Assembly: GCA_041746255.1 (NCBI GenBank)
Contig: JBGTHM010000097.1
Coordinates: forward strand, 1-64,000
DNA length: 64,000 bases
DNA from: Fibrobacteria bacterium
Lineage (GTDB): Bacteria > Fibrobacterota > Fibrobacteria > UBA11236
Reading direction: 5' to 3'
Part shown: positions 9,388 through 18,648 of the stretch, one piece after another
Numbering within the stretch: the stretch's first letter is position 1
How the letters are laid out: each line of letters starts with the position of its first letter
Notes under the pieces: model-generated
Seen by the model: the letters and a program-made list of their open reading frames with translations, nothing else
Database searches by the model: none
Told to the model about the DNA's origin: nothing
Made by a program: the position numbers and the translations under genes

Positions 9388-10329
9388 CTAAAAGCGGAAG
9401 CTGAGACCGAAAAAACCGCCGGCGCCTATGAGTGAAAGCACCTTCAGCCGCTCCAGGGTTTGCGCTTTTTTGAAAGTTTCTTCGAAAACCTCCGGTCGAT
9501 TGCGCAAATCGGATTCCCCGAGGTTGAGGTAATCTTCGAAATAAACCCGCTCCAGCATATACGCTCCCAGTGAGGCCGCCGCCAGCCCCAAAGCCGGGTA
9601 GATGAACTTGGAGTGGTAAAACCGGCGTTTTTTCAACTCCAAATGATGGACATGGGTACCCGGATACGTCAAGGTGAGAATTTTCCGCATGGGGAAATAA
9701 TTTTCCGCTTCGGCGGTAATCACCAGAGTCCCCAGGGGAACTATCCATTCCACAGGCGATTTGCCTTCCAAGCCTCCCGAAGCTTGCACTTTCGCTTCGC
9801 GGGGGTCCGTTTCCAGTACGACATGGGCCATATACTGTTCCCGCAGATTTTCCTCGATTTTTTTGATAAGTATGTCCGACAGAGACGGACCTTCTCCAGC
9901 GGAGAATTCGAGTGACACCAGTTGCCGCCGCAAGCTTTCCTCAAGCCGCCCCTGCCTGTCCTCGCCCGCTCGGAAAAATGCCACTTTGAATTCACCCGCG
10001 GGACCAGGACTGGCCCCGGAGCCAGTCTCAAAATGGCCTGCGGAGGGTGTTTTCGGCTCCACTAAGACATGCAGAACCCAACTCGAATCACTGAAGCTGT
10101 CCTGGGGCGTCTCTGAGGCGGCCAGGCAATATCCGACGCGTCCCAAGGCCAATGCCAAGCGAGGTCTCAAAGAATCCACCAAGGCGGACGAAGACCAATT
10201 CCGGACCTTGGATTCCGTGGATAGCGTAATGGCGGGGCGGCCATCCCCGCAGGACTCACCGGAAAAGACGGGGGTTTGCCCGAGGGAGACCAGAATCCCG
10301 AGCCAAATAAAATAAGCCGGCCGGGTCAC
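9388..10329 (-). CDS. Secreted/membrane PEGA-domain protein with C-terminal hydrophobic helices
   Basis: Signal peptide; PEGA-like VVLETDPREAKV...GKSP; two C-terminal hydrophobic segments ending in SFRF. Confidence 0.6.
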   Translation of the reverse strand: MTRPAYFIWLGILVSLGQTPVFSGESCGDGRPAITLSTESKVRNWSSSALVDSLRPRLALALGRVGYCLAASETPQDSFSDSSWVLHVLVEPKTPSAGHFETGSGASPGPAGEFKVAFFRAGEDRQGRLEESLRRQLVSLEFSAGEGPSLSDILIKKIEENLREQYMAHVVLETDPREAKVQASGGLEGKSPVEWIVPLGTLVITAEAENYFPMRKILTLTYPGTHVHHLELKKRRFYHSKFIYPALGLAAASLGAYMLERVYFEDYLNLGESDLRNRPEVFEETFKKAQTLERLKVLSLIGAGGFFGLSFRF

Positions 10330-10429
10330 TCGGCCGAGCCCGTATTATGCATAGACTTCCTTTCACCGTCGCAAAGCGGCGTCTTCACCGGCGCGCGGGA
10401 CGATGATATTATAGATTGTACGGAAAGAT

Positions 10430-12022
10430 ATGTCCTCTCCACATGGCAATTATAGTGCGCGCCTCTCCTTCCCGCGGGTTATTTCCCTGCTGATGGGAGC
10501 GTTTGTCACCCTATCGTGTCTAGATAGAATCAACCCTTTCGACCCCGTCAATATCCGCGGTGGCATCTCCCAAGAAACCCGCGCGGGACAAAACCCTTTT
10601 TTCGATACCCTCTCCCAGCAAGGCAAGGCCCTGTCATTGGATGTGGAGAATTATCGCGCTACTCTGCGTGCTTCACAGGCCTTTACCGACTCCATTGCCC
10701 TCATCAACGCGACGAGGCGGACAGTGAATACCGGCACCGATGCCGAGAATCAGAAGATTCGCGTCCACAACGAAACCAGCGTACCCGAGTCGCTCCAGGT
10801 ATTGACCCTGCTGGATACCCTCTTGATGTTTCCTCAGGCCGGCCCCTTCACGGATAGTAGTGAAATTTACAGACGGATCGGAAACCTGCATTTGCTGGGT
10901 TTGGCCCGGATGGATTCTCTCAACCGTCAATATGCGCCGCTGGTGATTTTTTCGCCTACCTCGAGGGATTCGCTCAACCAATCTTTCGTTTTGCTGGAAC
11001 TGGAATTTCGGGAGTTTTTTCGGGAAGTTACCGAATACGTCTCGGCGGTTTCCGATAGCAATACCGTGGTCTCGGTTTATAATGCCGAGCGTCGAACCGA
11101 TAATGTAAGCATCTTGGCCTATAACGAATCCATTCTCTTCCGGAAAAATACCGCCTCAAAAGGCATCATAGCAAACTCGGATTCGCTGACCAAGGCCACC
11201 CAGGCCGCACGACCTGGTGACACACTCTACCTGCAAGAAGGACTCTTCGAGGTCCGGCTCCTCTTCTCGCAATCGGGCACCGTGGATTCACCCATCGTGA
11301 TTCAAGGCCACCCTTCGCTGGGTACGGTATTGAGCCCCGCCAACACGGAGGAGGAAATCCTGTTTTTGAATCAGAACAATCATATCCAATTCCGAAATCT
11401 TATTTTCCGCAACAGCGCCAAAAGCGGTATCAAATTGGTTAATTATTCCCGCGGAGTCTCTTTCAGGAATTGCCGTTTCGAGGGAAACGCCGGGTATGGC
11501 CTTGAGGTGGATGATGCCGAGCTGGAATTAGTGGATTGCGTCATTACGGGCAACGCTTTGGGAGGCCTCAACATTTCAGGTAGCGGGGATGGCAACGATT
11601 TCCTGCGGCTACACAATGTACTCATCGATCACAACGGAGGAAACGGAGTCAGGTCCGTGTCCACAGGGGGCGAATTCTTAGGGGTTACCATTGCCCATAA
11701 CGATTCCAACGGCTTGCACTTGGTTTCCCCCATTCGTCCCTTCACGGTGGTGAATTCCATTCTCGCTTTCAACGGTCAACATGGACTCAAACGCAACTCC
11801 GGCTTTGCCGTACCGGGAATGCTGAACGTGCGGGCCTCATCCCTTTTCGGAAATACCGCGGAAAACGTCTCGGTAGATTCCCTCTATTATCCGTCCATCG
11901 AAAATTTGAATTCCGATCCCCTATTCTTGGATGCGGATGGCCGTGACTATCGTCTCAGACCCGCAAGCCATCTGGTCGAACTGGAGCGCCTGGGAATCAC
12001 CATCGGGTATCGCTACCGCTAA
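10430..12022 (+). CDS. Lipoprotein with right-handed beta-helix (pectin-lyase fold) domain
   Basis: Lipobox TLSC followed by NPFDP; ARPGDTLYL; repeated (E/D)xNxxxG rungs; DPLFLD...DYRLRPAS tail. Confidence 0.75.
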   Translation: MSSPHGNYSARLSFPRVISLLMGAFVTLSCLDRINPFDPVNIRGGISQETRAGQNPFFDTLSQQGKALSLDVENYRATLRASQAFTDSIALINATRRTVNTGTDAENQKIRVHNETSVPESLQVLTLLDTLLMFPQAGPFTDSSEIYRRIGNLHLLGLARMDSLNRQYAPLVIFSPTSRDSLNQSFVLLELEFREFFREVTEYVSAVSDSNTVVSVYNAERRTDNVSILAYNESILFRKNTASKGIIANSDSLTKATQAARPGDTLYLQEGLFEVRLLFSQSGTVDSPIVIQGHPSLGTVLSPANTEEEILFLNQNNHIQFRNLIFRNSAKSGIKLVNYSRGVSFRNCRFEGNAGYGLEVDDAELELVDCVITGNALGGLNISGSGDGNDFLRLHNVLIDHNGGNGVRSVSTGGEFLGVTIAHNDSNGLHLVSPIRPFTVVNSILAFNGQHGLKRNSGFAVPGMLNVRASSLFGNTAENVSVDSLYYPSIENLNSDPLFLDADGRDYRLRPASHLVELERLGITIGYRYR

Positions 12023-12206
12023 TCTTCTCGAAACGCGAATATTCCCGCAAAAAGGGCAGGTTGTACTCGTAAGAGACCCTATTGGGGGGTGAAACTGCCA
12101 TTTCGAATGGAATTTCTTGGAGTTAGGCGATAGGTTTACCCATAGGCATGTGCAAAATAGACCTCAGGAGAGTGCCAAGGGTCGTATTCGCAAAGGGAAA
12201 TGGATT

Positions 12207-13313
12207 ATGAATCGGAATAGACTTGCCCAAATACCGCTCTTATGCATACTGATTGGTTTTTGGCACTTGAAAGCCCAGGCCAAGGATATCCGCGCCGACG
12301 TCGTAAAAGACTTTCCCGGCAGAGTGGTTTGGAGCGGAGATGGGAATGAGCACGATACCGATGATTGGCTGGCCAGCCCGTGGATGCTGGCGATGTTCAA
12401 GGCGGCCGGCATGGAGGATAAACTGGTCTTCAGCGGCTACAACAACCATGTGTGGTCGACCACCCAAAACCATGCTCAAATTTATGAGGCCAACGTAAAA
12501 GGGACTGCAACCCGCTGGGGAATGAAAAGTTCGATTCTTTACGACGAAAAATACGATGCGACGGCGGCAACCGATAAAATGGTGGCGGAGATCAATAAGT
12601 CGACCAGCTCGAATCCCTTATGGCTTGTCGCCGCGGGTCCTATCGAAACCATAGGCCGGGCCATCGACAAAGCCGGCACAGATGCATTAAAGCATGTGAC
12701 CATGCTCAGCCACAGTACTTGGAATACCGATCATGCCTCCAAGGATCATAAAAGCAAGTACACACTTGCCTACATCCAAAACAAAGTTTCCTATAAAAAA
12801 ATAAAGGATCAGAATGGCAATGAGAACGGTTCGATGACGACGCAGGGCCTGAAACGCAAGACAGCGGTAATGGATTTTCTCAAGGATCATAAGGACGCCC
12901 GCATGCAATGGCTATGGACTTGCCGTAAGATGCCGGAGTATGAAAGACCCAATTACCAAAAAGGCTTTTACGATTATTCCGATGCGGGCATGGCTTATTG
13001 GCTCATAACCGGAGCCGACAACGGCGGCGATGAGGATGGAACTCCGAAAAAAACAACCGACCTTCTCGAAGCCTATATCACCCACGGCGAGTACAAAATC
13101 ACCGCGCTGAAGGGAAAGGGAATTTCCGGTAAAAAACCCAAGCTATCGGTGTTGCCGCAAACCGGGGGTAACCGTGTAGTTAACCTGGGCCAGGAAGCCG
13201 ATTGGGTGGTTTATTCGCTGCAGGGAGAAAAACTTGGCGGTGGACGCGGTCAAAATATCGATATGCAACTGTTTCCGCAGGGGTTGTATCTAATTAACAG
13301 TGATTTACCATAG
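12207..13313 (+). CDS. Secreted nucleoside-hydrolase-like-fold protein of unknown function with T9SS-like tail
   Basis: Start moved to ATG 12207 (signal peptide); GDGNEHDTDD acidic motif; AAGP; SDAGM; tail VYSLQG...QGLYLI; paralog of 31437..32513. Confidence 0.6.
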   Translation: MNRNRLAQIPLLCILIGFWHLKAQAKDIRADVVKDFPGRVVWSGDGNEHDTDDWLASPWMLAMFKAAGMEDKLVFSGYNNHVWSTTQNHAQIYEANVKGTATRWGMKSSILYDEKYDATAATDKMVAEINKSTSSNPLWLVAAGPIETIGRAIDKAGTDALKHVTMLSHSTWNTDHASKDHKSKYTLAYIQNKVSYKKIKDQNGNENGSMTTQGLKRKTAVMDFLKDHKDARMQWLWTCRKMPEYERPNYQKGFYDYSDAGMAYWLITGADNGGDEDGTPKKTTDLLEAYITHGEYKITALKGKGISGKKPKLSVLPQTGGNRVVNLGQEADWVVYSLQGEKLGGGRGQNIDMQLFPQGLYLINSDLP

Positions 13314-13535
13314 AGGTTGGGATGACGTATTCTTTTTCCGCATTCGGCCTTTTCCGCCAGTTTTTGCCACCAGTGCGAGTAATCAATTGGATTGAGTAAA
13401 AATCGATGCTTTCGGGGTAATTTTTCCCAGAAATCAATAACAGGCTTCTTAATCAAAGGGGAAGTATTACTTTTAACCCTAAGATTGATATTACCCCTTC
13501 CGGGGGCCGAATTAGTGGCGAATCTTGGAGGTTCA

Positions 13536-15401
13536 ATGACTCACCTGTTGCATTATTTTACAATTTACCTGGTTTTGGGATTGAGCCTTTGCGCAACCGC
13601 GATTTCCGGTTATTCCGTTTCTGGAACCGTAGTCGATACCAAAGCCAAACCCCTTGCAGGTGTGAAGGTATACGCTTCACCCGATTCCACCCAATTCGCA
13701 GTTACCAATAACCAGGGGAAGTTCAACCTCGGCCCGATTACCCTCCCCATACGTCCCAACGGCACCCAAAATACTTTTGCCCTTTTATCCGATAGTCGGT
13801 TTTTCCTTCCGGGTACGGTTCCCACCCACTTGTCCGTATCCCTTTTTGATTTGAAAGGCCGCCCTGTGCATTCGCTTTCTGGGCTTTTTGCTCCCGGCGA
13901 GAACCGGCTGAACCTCAGCGGGTCGGTGCCTCCCGGTTCCTACACTTTCCAAGCCTCCGGCGAAGGGTTGCAATACCGTACCCGGGTTGAATTCGATGGT
14001 AAAAACCTCCGGAATATGGGAAGGCCTTCCCCTGCAGCGTCACTCGCCTCAGCCCCCTTGGCGAAAAACTCCGCTACGACGGCCCAGCTGATTGCGAACC
14101 GGCAGTATTACCATACTGGCACGGCTTCTGCCGCTGACGGAGCCACCAATGTGGTCATCACATTGGAAAAACTGCCCAATATCGTTTTATTGCTTTCCGA
14201 TGACCAAAGCTGGACCGATTACGCATTCATGGGCCATCCGCATATCAAGACACCCAGACTGGATAAGCTTGTCAAGGAGAGCATGACTTTCACACGCGGC
14301 TATACTCCGACATCCCTGTGCCGACCCGCGCTGATGACGCTGGCAACCGGGCAGTATCCGAAGGACAACGGCGTTACCGGAAACGATCACCCAAAGCCAG
14401 GTGGGCAACTCTACGGTTCGGAACGGAATTCTATGCTCGTCCACATCGATAGGGCCGTTACCTTACAGAAGCTGTTACACGAAAAGAAGGGCTATACCAC
14501 CCTGCAAACCGGAAAATGGTGGGAAGGCGATTGGAGGCGGGGTCATTTCACCAGCGGCATGACCATAAATCCGGAAAGGGGGGTGGGCGAAATTGGGCGT
14601 TGGGGTCGGCATGGCGATTTCGGGCTGGATATCGGGCGGACCGGCATCGCCCCCATCAAAACCTTCATCGACTCCTCGGGGGAGCGCCCCTTCTACGTTT
14701 GGTACGCGGCTTTCCTGCCCCATACGCCCCATAACCCGCCCGAAAGGCTGTTGAGCAAATACAGGGCGCTGACTCCCTCACTTTTCGTAGCCAAATACTG
14801 GGCCATGGTGGAATGGTTCGATGAAACCTGCGGCGACGTCCTGGACCTGCTCGAAGCGAAGGGCCTTACCGAAAACACCCTGGTTTTTTACACCGCCGAC
14901 AACGGCTGGGTTCAGAATCCGAATGATATGCATTTCGATCCCGTCAGCAAAAGGGCGCCCTACGACCTGGGAACCCGCACGCCCATCATGGTCAAATGGC
15001 CCGGTAAGATCAAGCCGGAATGGAACGACTCCACCCTGGTCAGCAATATCGACTTCATGCCCACCGCCCTGGCCGCCGCCGGAATCGAAATACCCGCCAA
15101 CCTTCCTGGGTTGAACCTATTGGATTCCGCGAAAGCCGCGCGCCAAAGGCCGCGAATCTTCGGCGACATTTATGAACATGACATTCTCGATATCCACGAT
15201 CCCGTGAAGACCCTCATGCACCGTTGGGTTATCGACGGCCGATGGAAACTCATTCAATCGGGTCCTTTCATTCCGGAAAAAACCGAACTCTTCGACATAA
15301 TCGCCGACCCGTATGAGAAGAAAAATGTCGCGGCGCAAAACCCTTCAGTGGTCAATACTCTGAAAGGCCGAATCAACGAATGGTACCCCATCACCCCCTA
15401 A
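13536..15401 (+). CDS. Secreted formylglycine-type (S1) sulfatase with N-terminal accessory domains
   Basis: RBS GGAGG before ATG 13536; PNIVLLLSDDQ, SLCRPAL, GKWW, PHTPH, ADNG, ELFD...DPYEKKN. Confidence 0.9.
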   Translation: MTHLLHYFTIYLVLGLSLCATAISGYSVSGTVVDTKAKPLAGVKVYASPDSTQFAVTNNQGKFNLGPITLPIRPNGTQNTFALLSDSRFFLPGTVPTHLSVSLFDLKGRPVHSLSGLFAPGENRLNLSGSVPPGSYTFQASGEGLQYRTRVEFDGKNLRNMGRPSPAASLASAPLAKNSATTAQLIANRQYYHTGTASAADGATNVVITLEKLPNIVLLLSDDQSWTDYAFMGHPHIKTPRLDKLVKESMTFTRGYTPTSLCRPALMTLATGQYPKDNGVTGNDHPKPGGQLYGSERNSMLVHIDRAVTLQKLLHEKKGYTTLQTGKWWEGDWRRGHFTSGMTINPERGVGEIGRWGRHGDFGLDIGRTGIAPIKTFIDSSGERPFYVWYAAFLPHTPHNPPERLLSKYRALTPSLFVAKYWAMVEWFDETCGDVLDLLEAKGLTENTLVFYTADNGWVQNPNDMHFDPVSKRAPYDLGTRTPIMVKWPGKIKPEWNDSTLVSNIDFMPTALAAAGIEIPANLPGLNLLDSAKAARQRPRIFGDIYEHDILDIHDPVKTLMHRWVIDGRWKLIQSGPFIPEKTELFDIIADPYEKKNVAAQNPSVVNTLKGRINEWYPITP

Positions 15402-15602
15402 CGGGCTGCTGTAACATGCGGAAGAAGGGTTCAGGAGTGCTTGATAAAAATTCAAGTACTCCATCCAATTCCTGTTCTGGACACCCCCATAAGAGGGTTA
15501 GACGGGCTTGTGGCCTACAAAGACCGGATAAGGTCCATTTTTTGAGGTATCATTTCCTGATTACCGCCTATATTAGGTAATATCCAGGAAGGGAGTTTTT
15601 GC

Positions 15603-16988
15603 ATGGTTTTTAGCAAGTCTCTGAATCCAGTATGGGCGCTTGCACTTTGGACCCTGGCGGTCCTCCCGTGCTGGGCCGATCTCCCCGGCGGAGTAACCCT
15701 CAAGCCCTATCTCAAACCCGCTGCGAGTACATTCGAAAAGCCCATATCCTTCCATGAAATCCCGGGCAAACCGGGCTCCTTTTTAGTCGTCGAGAAAGCC
15801 GGCAAAATCCATTATTACGAGCCGGGAAGCGGCAAATCCTGGGAATGGATGAAAATTGCGGTTCATACCCGGGCCGAGGAGGGTTTATATGCGGTTGCCT
15901 TCCATCCGGATTTCATCAATAACAGCCGGTATTTCATCTACTACAATCCCGCCAGCAATGTTAACGCTCCCCCGACCAATTACGGTTTTCCCGGCGAATA
16001 CGTTCAAATTCTGGCGGAATACCAAGCCGACGCCAAACGCGAAAAGGATTCGGGAAAACCGCCTAAAATCATCCGGGAGTTTTGTTGCAAAGAGGGGCCG
16101 GGGCACAATGGCATGTACCCGGTTTTCGGCCATGACGGCATGCTTTACCTTTCTTTCGGCGACGGCAATTCGGATGGCCGGGAAACCCAAACTCGGAAAA
16201 CCATATTGGGAACCATATTGCGCATCGACGTAGACAACCCCGATCCGGGGAAGAATTACGGCATTCCCAAGGACAATCCGTTCTATAACGACTCCGATCC
16301 CAAGGTCATCAAGGAGATCTGGTCCTATGGCCTAAGGAACAATTTCAAGTTGGCGGTGGATCCCCTAAACGGCCACTTGTGGGTCGGAAACGTGGGCGGT
16401 TGGCACGAAGACCATATTTCCCTGGTCAAAAAAGGCGATAATTTCGGCTGGCCGATTACGGAAGGCAGCACCTGTTTCAACACGGCCAGGTATTCCATAT
16501 TCAAGGAGCCGTTGCCGAATTGCGACCGCACAGGCATCACTCCTCCTACGATTATCCTGCCCCACCCCCATCCCCGCGGCAGAACCAATAGCACTTGCGT
16601 CATCGGCCCGGTAGTCTACCGGAGCAATTCGAAATCCCAATTTTACGGGGCGCTGTTTTACGCGGATTATACCGGCAAGCAATTACTCGCGGCCAGCTTG
16701 GATGAAAACGGAAAGATGCGGGAAATCAAGAAATACGATCCGCCGAAGTCGCCTATCGTCCACTTGATGCAATCCAGCGACGGGCGCATTCTCACTATGG
16801 GTCATGGTGGCAATCAATTCCATTACCTGGACCATCCGGATTTAATCCTGGCGCCCACGGTTAATGTCAAGCGGTCGCAATCGCCAGCTAAAGTTGTCCA
16901 TAGGGAAGGCAAAGCCTATTATGACGTTGCCGGCAAGCGCCTGATTCCCATGCCCTTCGCAACACCGCGGTTCACCCTACAGAATTGA
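15603..16988 (+). CDS. PQQ-dependent glucose/sorbosone dehydrogenase (GSDH)-like beta-propeller, secreted
   Basis: Signal peptide; AFHPDF, GHNG, DGMLYLSFGDG, GTILRIDVD, YGIPKDNPF, EIWSYGLRN, NFGWP. Confidence 0.88.
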   Translation: MVFSKSLNPVWALALWTLAVLPCWADLPGGVTLKPYLKPAASTFEKPISFHEIPGKPGSFLVVEKAGKIHYYEPGSGKSWEWMKIAVHTRAEEGLYAVAFHPDFINNSRYFIYYNPASNVNAPPTNYGFPGEYVQILAEYQADAKREKDSGKPPKIIREFCCKEGPGHNGMYPVFGHDGMLYLSFGDGNSDGRETQTRKTILGTILRIDVDNPDPGKNYGIPKDNPFYNDSDPKVIKEIWSYGLRNNFKLAVDPLNGHLWVGNVGGWHEDHISLVKKGDNFGWPITEGSTCFNTARYSIFKEPLPNCDRTGITPPTIILPHPHPRGRTNSTCVIGPVVYRSNSKSQFYGALFYADYTGKQLLAASLDENGKMREIKKYDPPKSPIVHLMQSSDGRILTMGHGGNQFHYLDHPDLILAPTVNVKRSQSPAKVVHREGKAYYDVAGKRLIPMPFATPRFTLQN

Positions 16989-17000
16989 TTTCGGATCGAC

Positions 17001-18368
17001 CTACCACCTGAAAAGTGGCGCGGTAAACTCCCGTTCCGGTTGTAAAACCGGGTTGATTCTACGGCCATCCAAACGATAAAGCGGAATGGAAATATTTTCT
17101 ATCCTGTGACTAGAGGTCTTACCGGGATGATTACGAATGCGTAGAGGCGGACCATAGGCTCCTAAATCCTCCCAGGCTTTTAGACCATCCCCTTCTGAGC
17201 CGGGCATCACGCCGATGGAATAAAAATTGGCTTTCCAAATATGCCCTGACCAATACACGGTATCTCCTTTTACGTTAATACCCCAGGGGTCCCAGGTGAT
17301 ATAATCACCGACTTGGGGTAAATCGGTGCGGGTATATTTGCCGGTATACAAATTTCCCTCGGGGATACGAGTATTGAAGGCGACCACAGCGCCCCCCACC
17401 GGGGCGTCCAGAACCCACGCCGCCGTATCATCCATATAAAGCGTGTTATGGCTAAAGGTGTTATTTTCACCCCACCCTTCCACCTGTTTATGGACTTGGA
17501 AGGCGTTTTTGATATTCGTGTTACCCTCACGATAGCCGATGTTATTTCGCACGATGGCATCGTTTCCCTTCGCATCGACGAACCCATCGGCCGGACCTGC
17601 ACCCAGCCCAGTGCCGCGGAAGATGCAATGCTCTACTAGAGTACCCAGAGTGCCTTCTTTGATGTCCACATGTTCGGCGGTTACATTGGGACCGAACTCA
17701 CTGTTTATCACCCGATTGAAATTGCAATCCTTGTTCATGGTAGTCCATTTATTCCGGTCGGACCCGATATAGATGGCCTCCCCCCATACAGCCGTCTCCC
17801 GTCCGGTATGGTGTACTTTTGCCTTTTCAATCACGCAACGCGAACTGCCGTCGCGCAAGTGAATGCCTTCGTGTCCGATATTGTGAACCTCCAAGCCATA
17901 CAGATGTGCATCGTTGGCATTGTCGAGCATAACGCCCTTGGCAGCCTTGGTGAAAACGAGATTTCGAACCATCCAATGATCGCCCGTAAGATAAAAGGCA
18001 TATCCACGATTCACCGCCCCTCCGGATAGGACGGCGGGATTTGCGGAGTCCTGGCTTGCAAAGACGATGGGATCCGAAGAGGTTCCATCGGCGCTACCGT
18101 TAAACCAGGCCGCTACGGTGAGATCGGGTAGTTTAAATAAATCGGGGTCTGGGGAGATATAAGTACCGGGGCTGACTAAAATTCGATCTCCGGGGCGCGC
18201 ATCCAGCAAGGCCGCTTTGATTTCCGGAACGCTTGCACATACGACGGTGCGTTTAGCCGCGGAGGTGTTTTGCGCTTGTGCCGACAAAATCGCCAGGAGT
18301 ACGCAGGAGGCCAGGGAGTTAAATCCCCTAATTTTCAAAATAAACTCAAATTTGGAAGCCGCGCGCAT
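17001..18368 (-). CDS. Secreted beta-helix (polysaccharide-lyase-like) protein with CBM5/12-like module
   Basis: ARPGDRILVSPGTY; EGIHLR, GEAIYIGSD, AEHVDIKEGT; C-terminal WDP...GDTVYWSGHIWKA...WEDLG; tail YRLDGRR. Confidence 0.8.
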   Translation of the reverse strand: MRAASKFEFILKIRGFNSLASCVLLAILSAQAQNTSAAKRTVVCASVPEIKAALLDARPGDRILVSPGTYISPDPDLFKLPDLTVAAWFNGSADGTSSDPIVFASQDSANPAVLSGGAVNRGYAFYLTGDHWMVRNLVFTKAAKGVMLDNANDAHLYGLEVHNIGHEGIHLRDGSSRCVIEKAKVHHTGRETAVWGEAIYIGSDRNKWTTMNKDCNFNRVINSEFGPNVTAEHVDIKEGTLGTLVEHCIFRGTGLGAGPADGFVDAKGNDAIVRNNIGYREGNTNIKNAFQVHKQVEGWGENNTFSHNTLYMDDTAAWVLDAPVGGAVVAFNTRIPEGNLYTGKYTRTDLPQVGDYITWDPWGINVKGDTVYWSGHIWKANFYSIGVMPGSEGDGLKAWEDLGAYGPPLRIRNHPGKTSSHRIENISIPLYRLDGRRINPVLQPEREFTAPLFRW

Positions 18369-18648
18369 ACTTTAATGTACCGCCAACTTTGAAGGTTATC
18401 CATGGAATTATGCCTGGCTCGCAACCTTCCAGTCGCTCGTTTACAATTGAATCGTCTAATTTCAAGGAAAGACTCGTCTTCTAAAGGGTACGGAAATTGG
18501 ACCCAATCTGAAACGGATTCCGATATTTAACCATAGGTTCAATCTCTAGAACTTCTCCCACTGGAATTACCCAATGATGAGGTTCAAAAACCTTAGGTAA
18601 CCTATCCCATTTATAGGCAATGCATAAGGGATTAAAAGGAGATCCCCT

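Noticed and set aside
12054..12100. Possible three-way-junction RNA (GGCAG...CTGCC enclosing two small hairpins)
   Set aside because: Inner stems are only 3 bp and no riboswitch or hammerhead core consensus is present.
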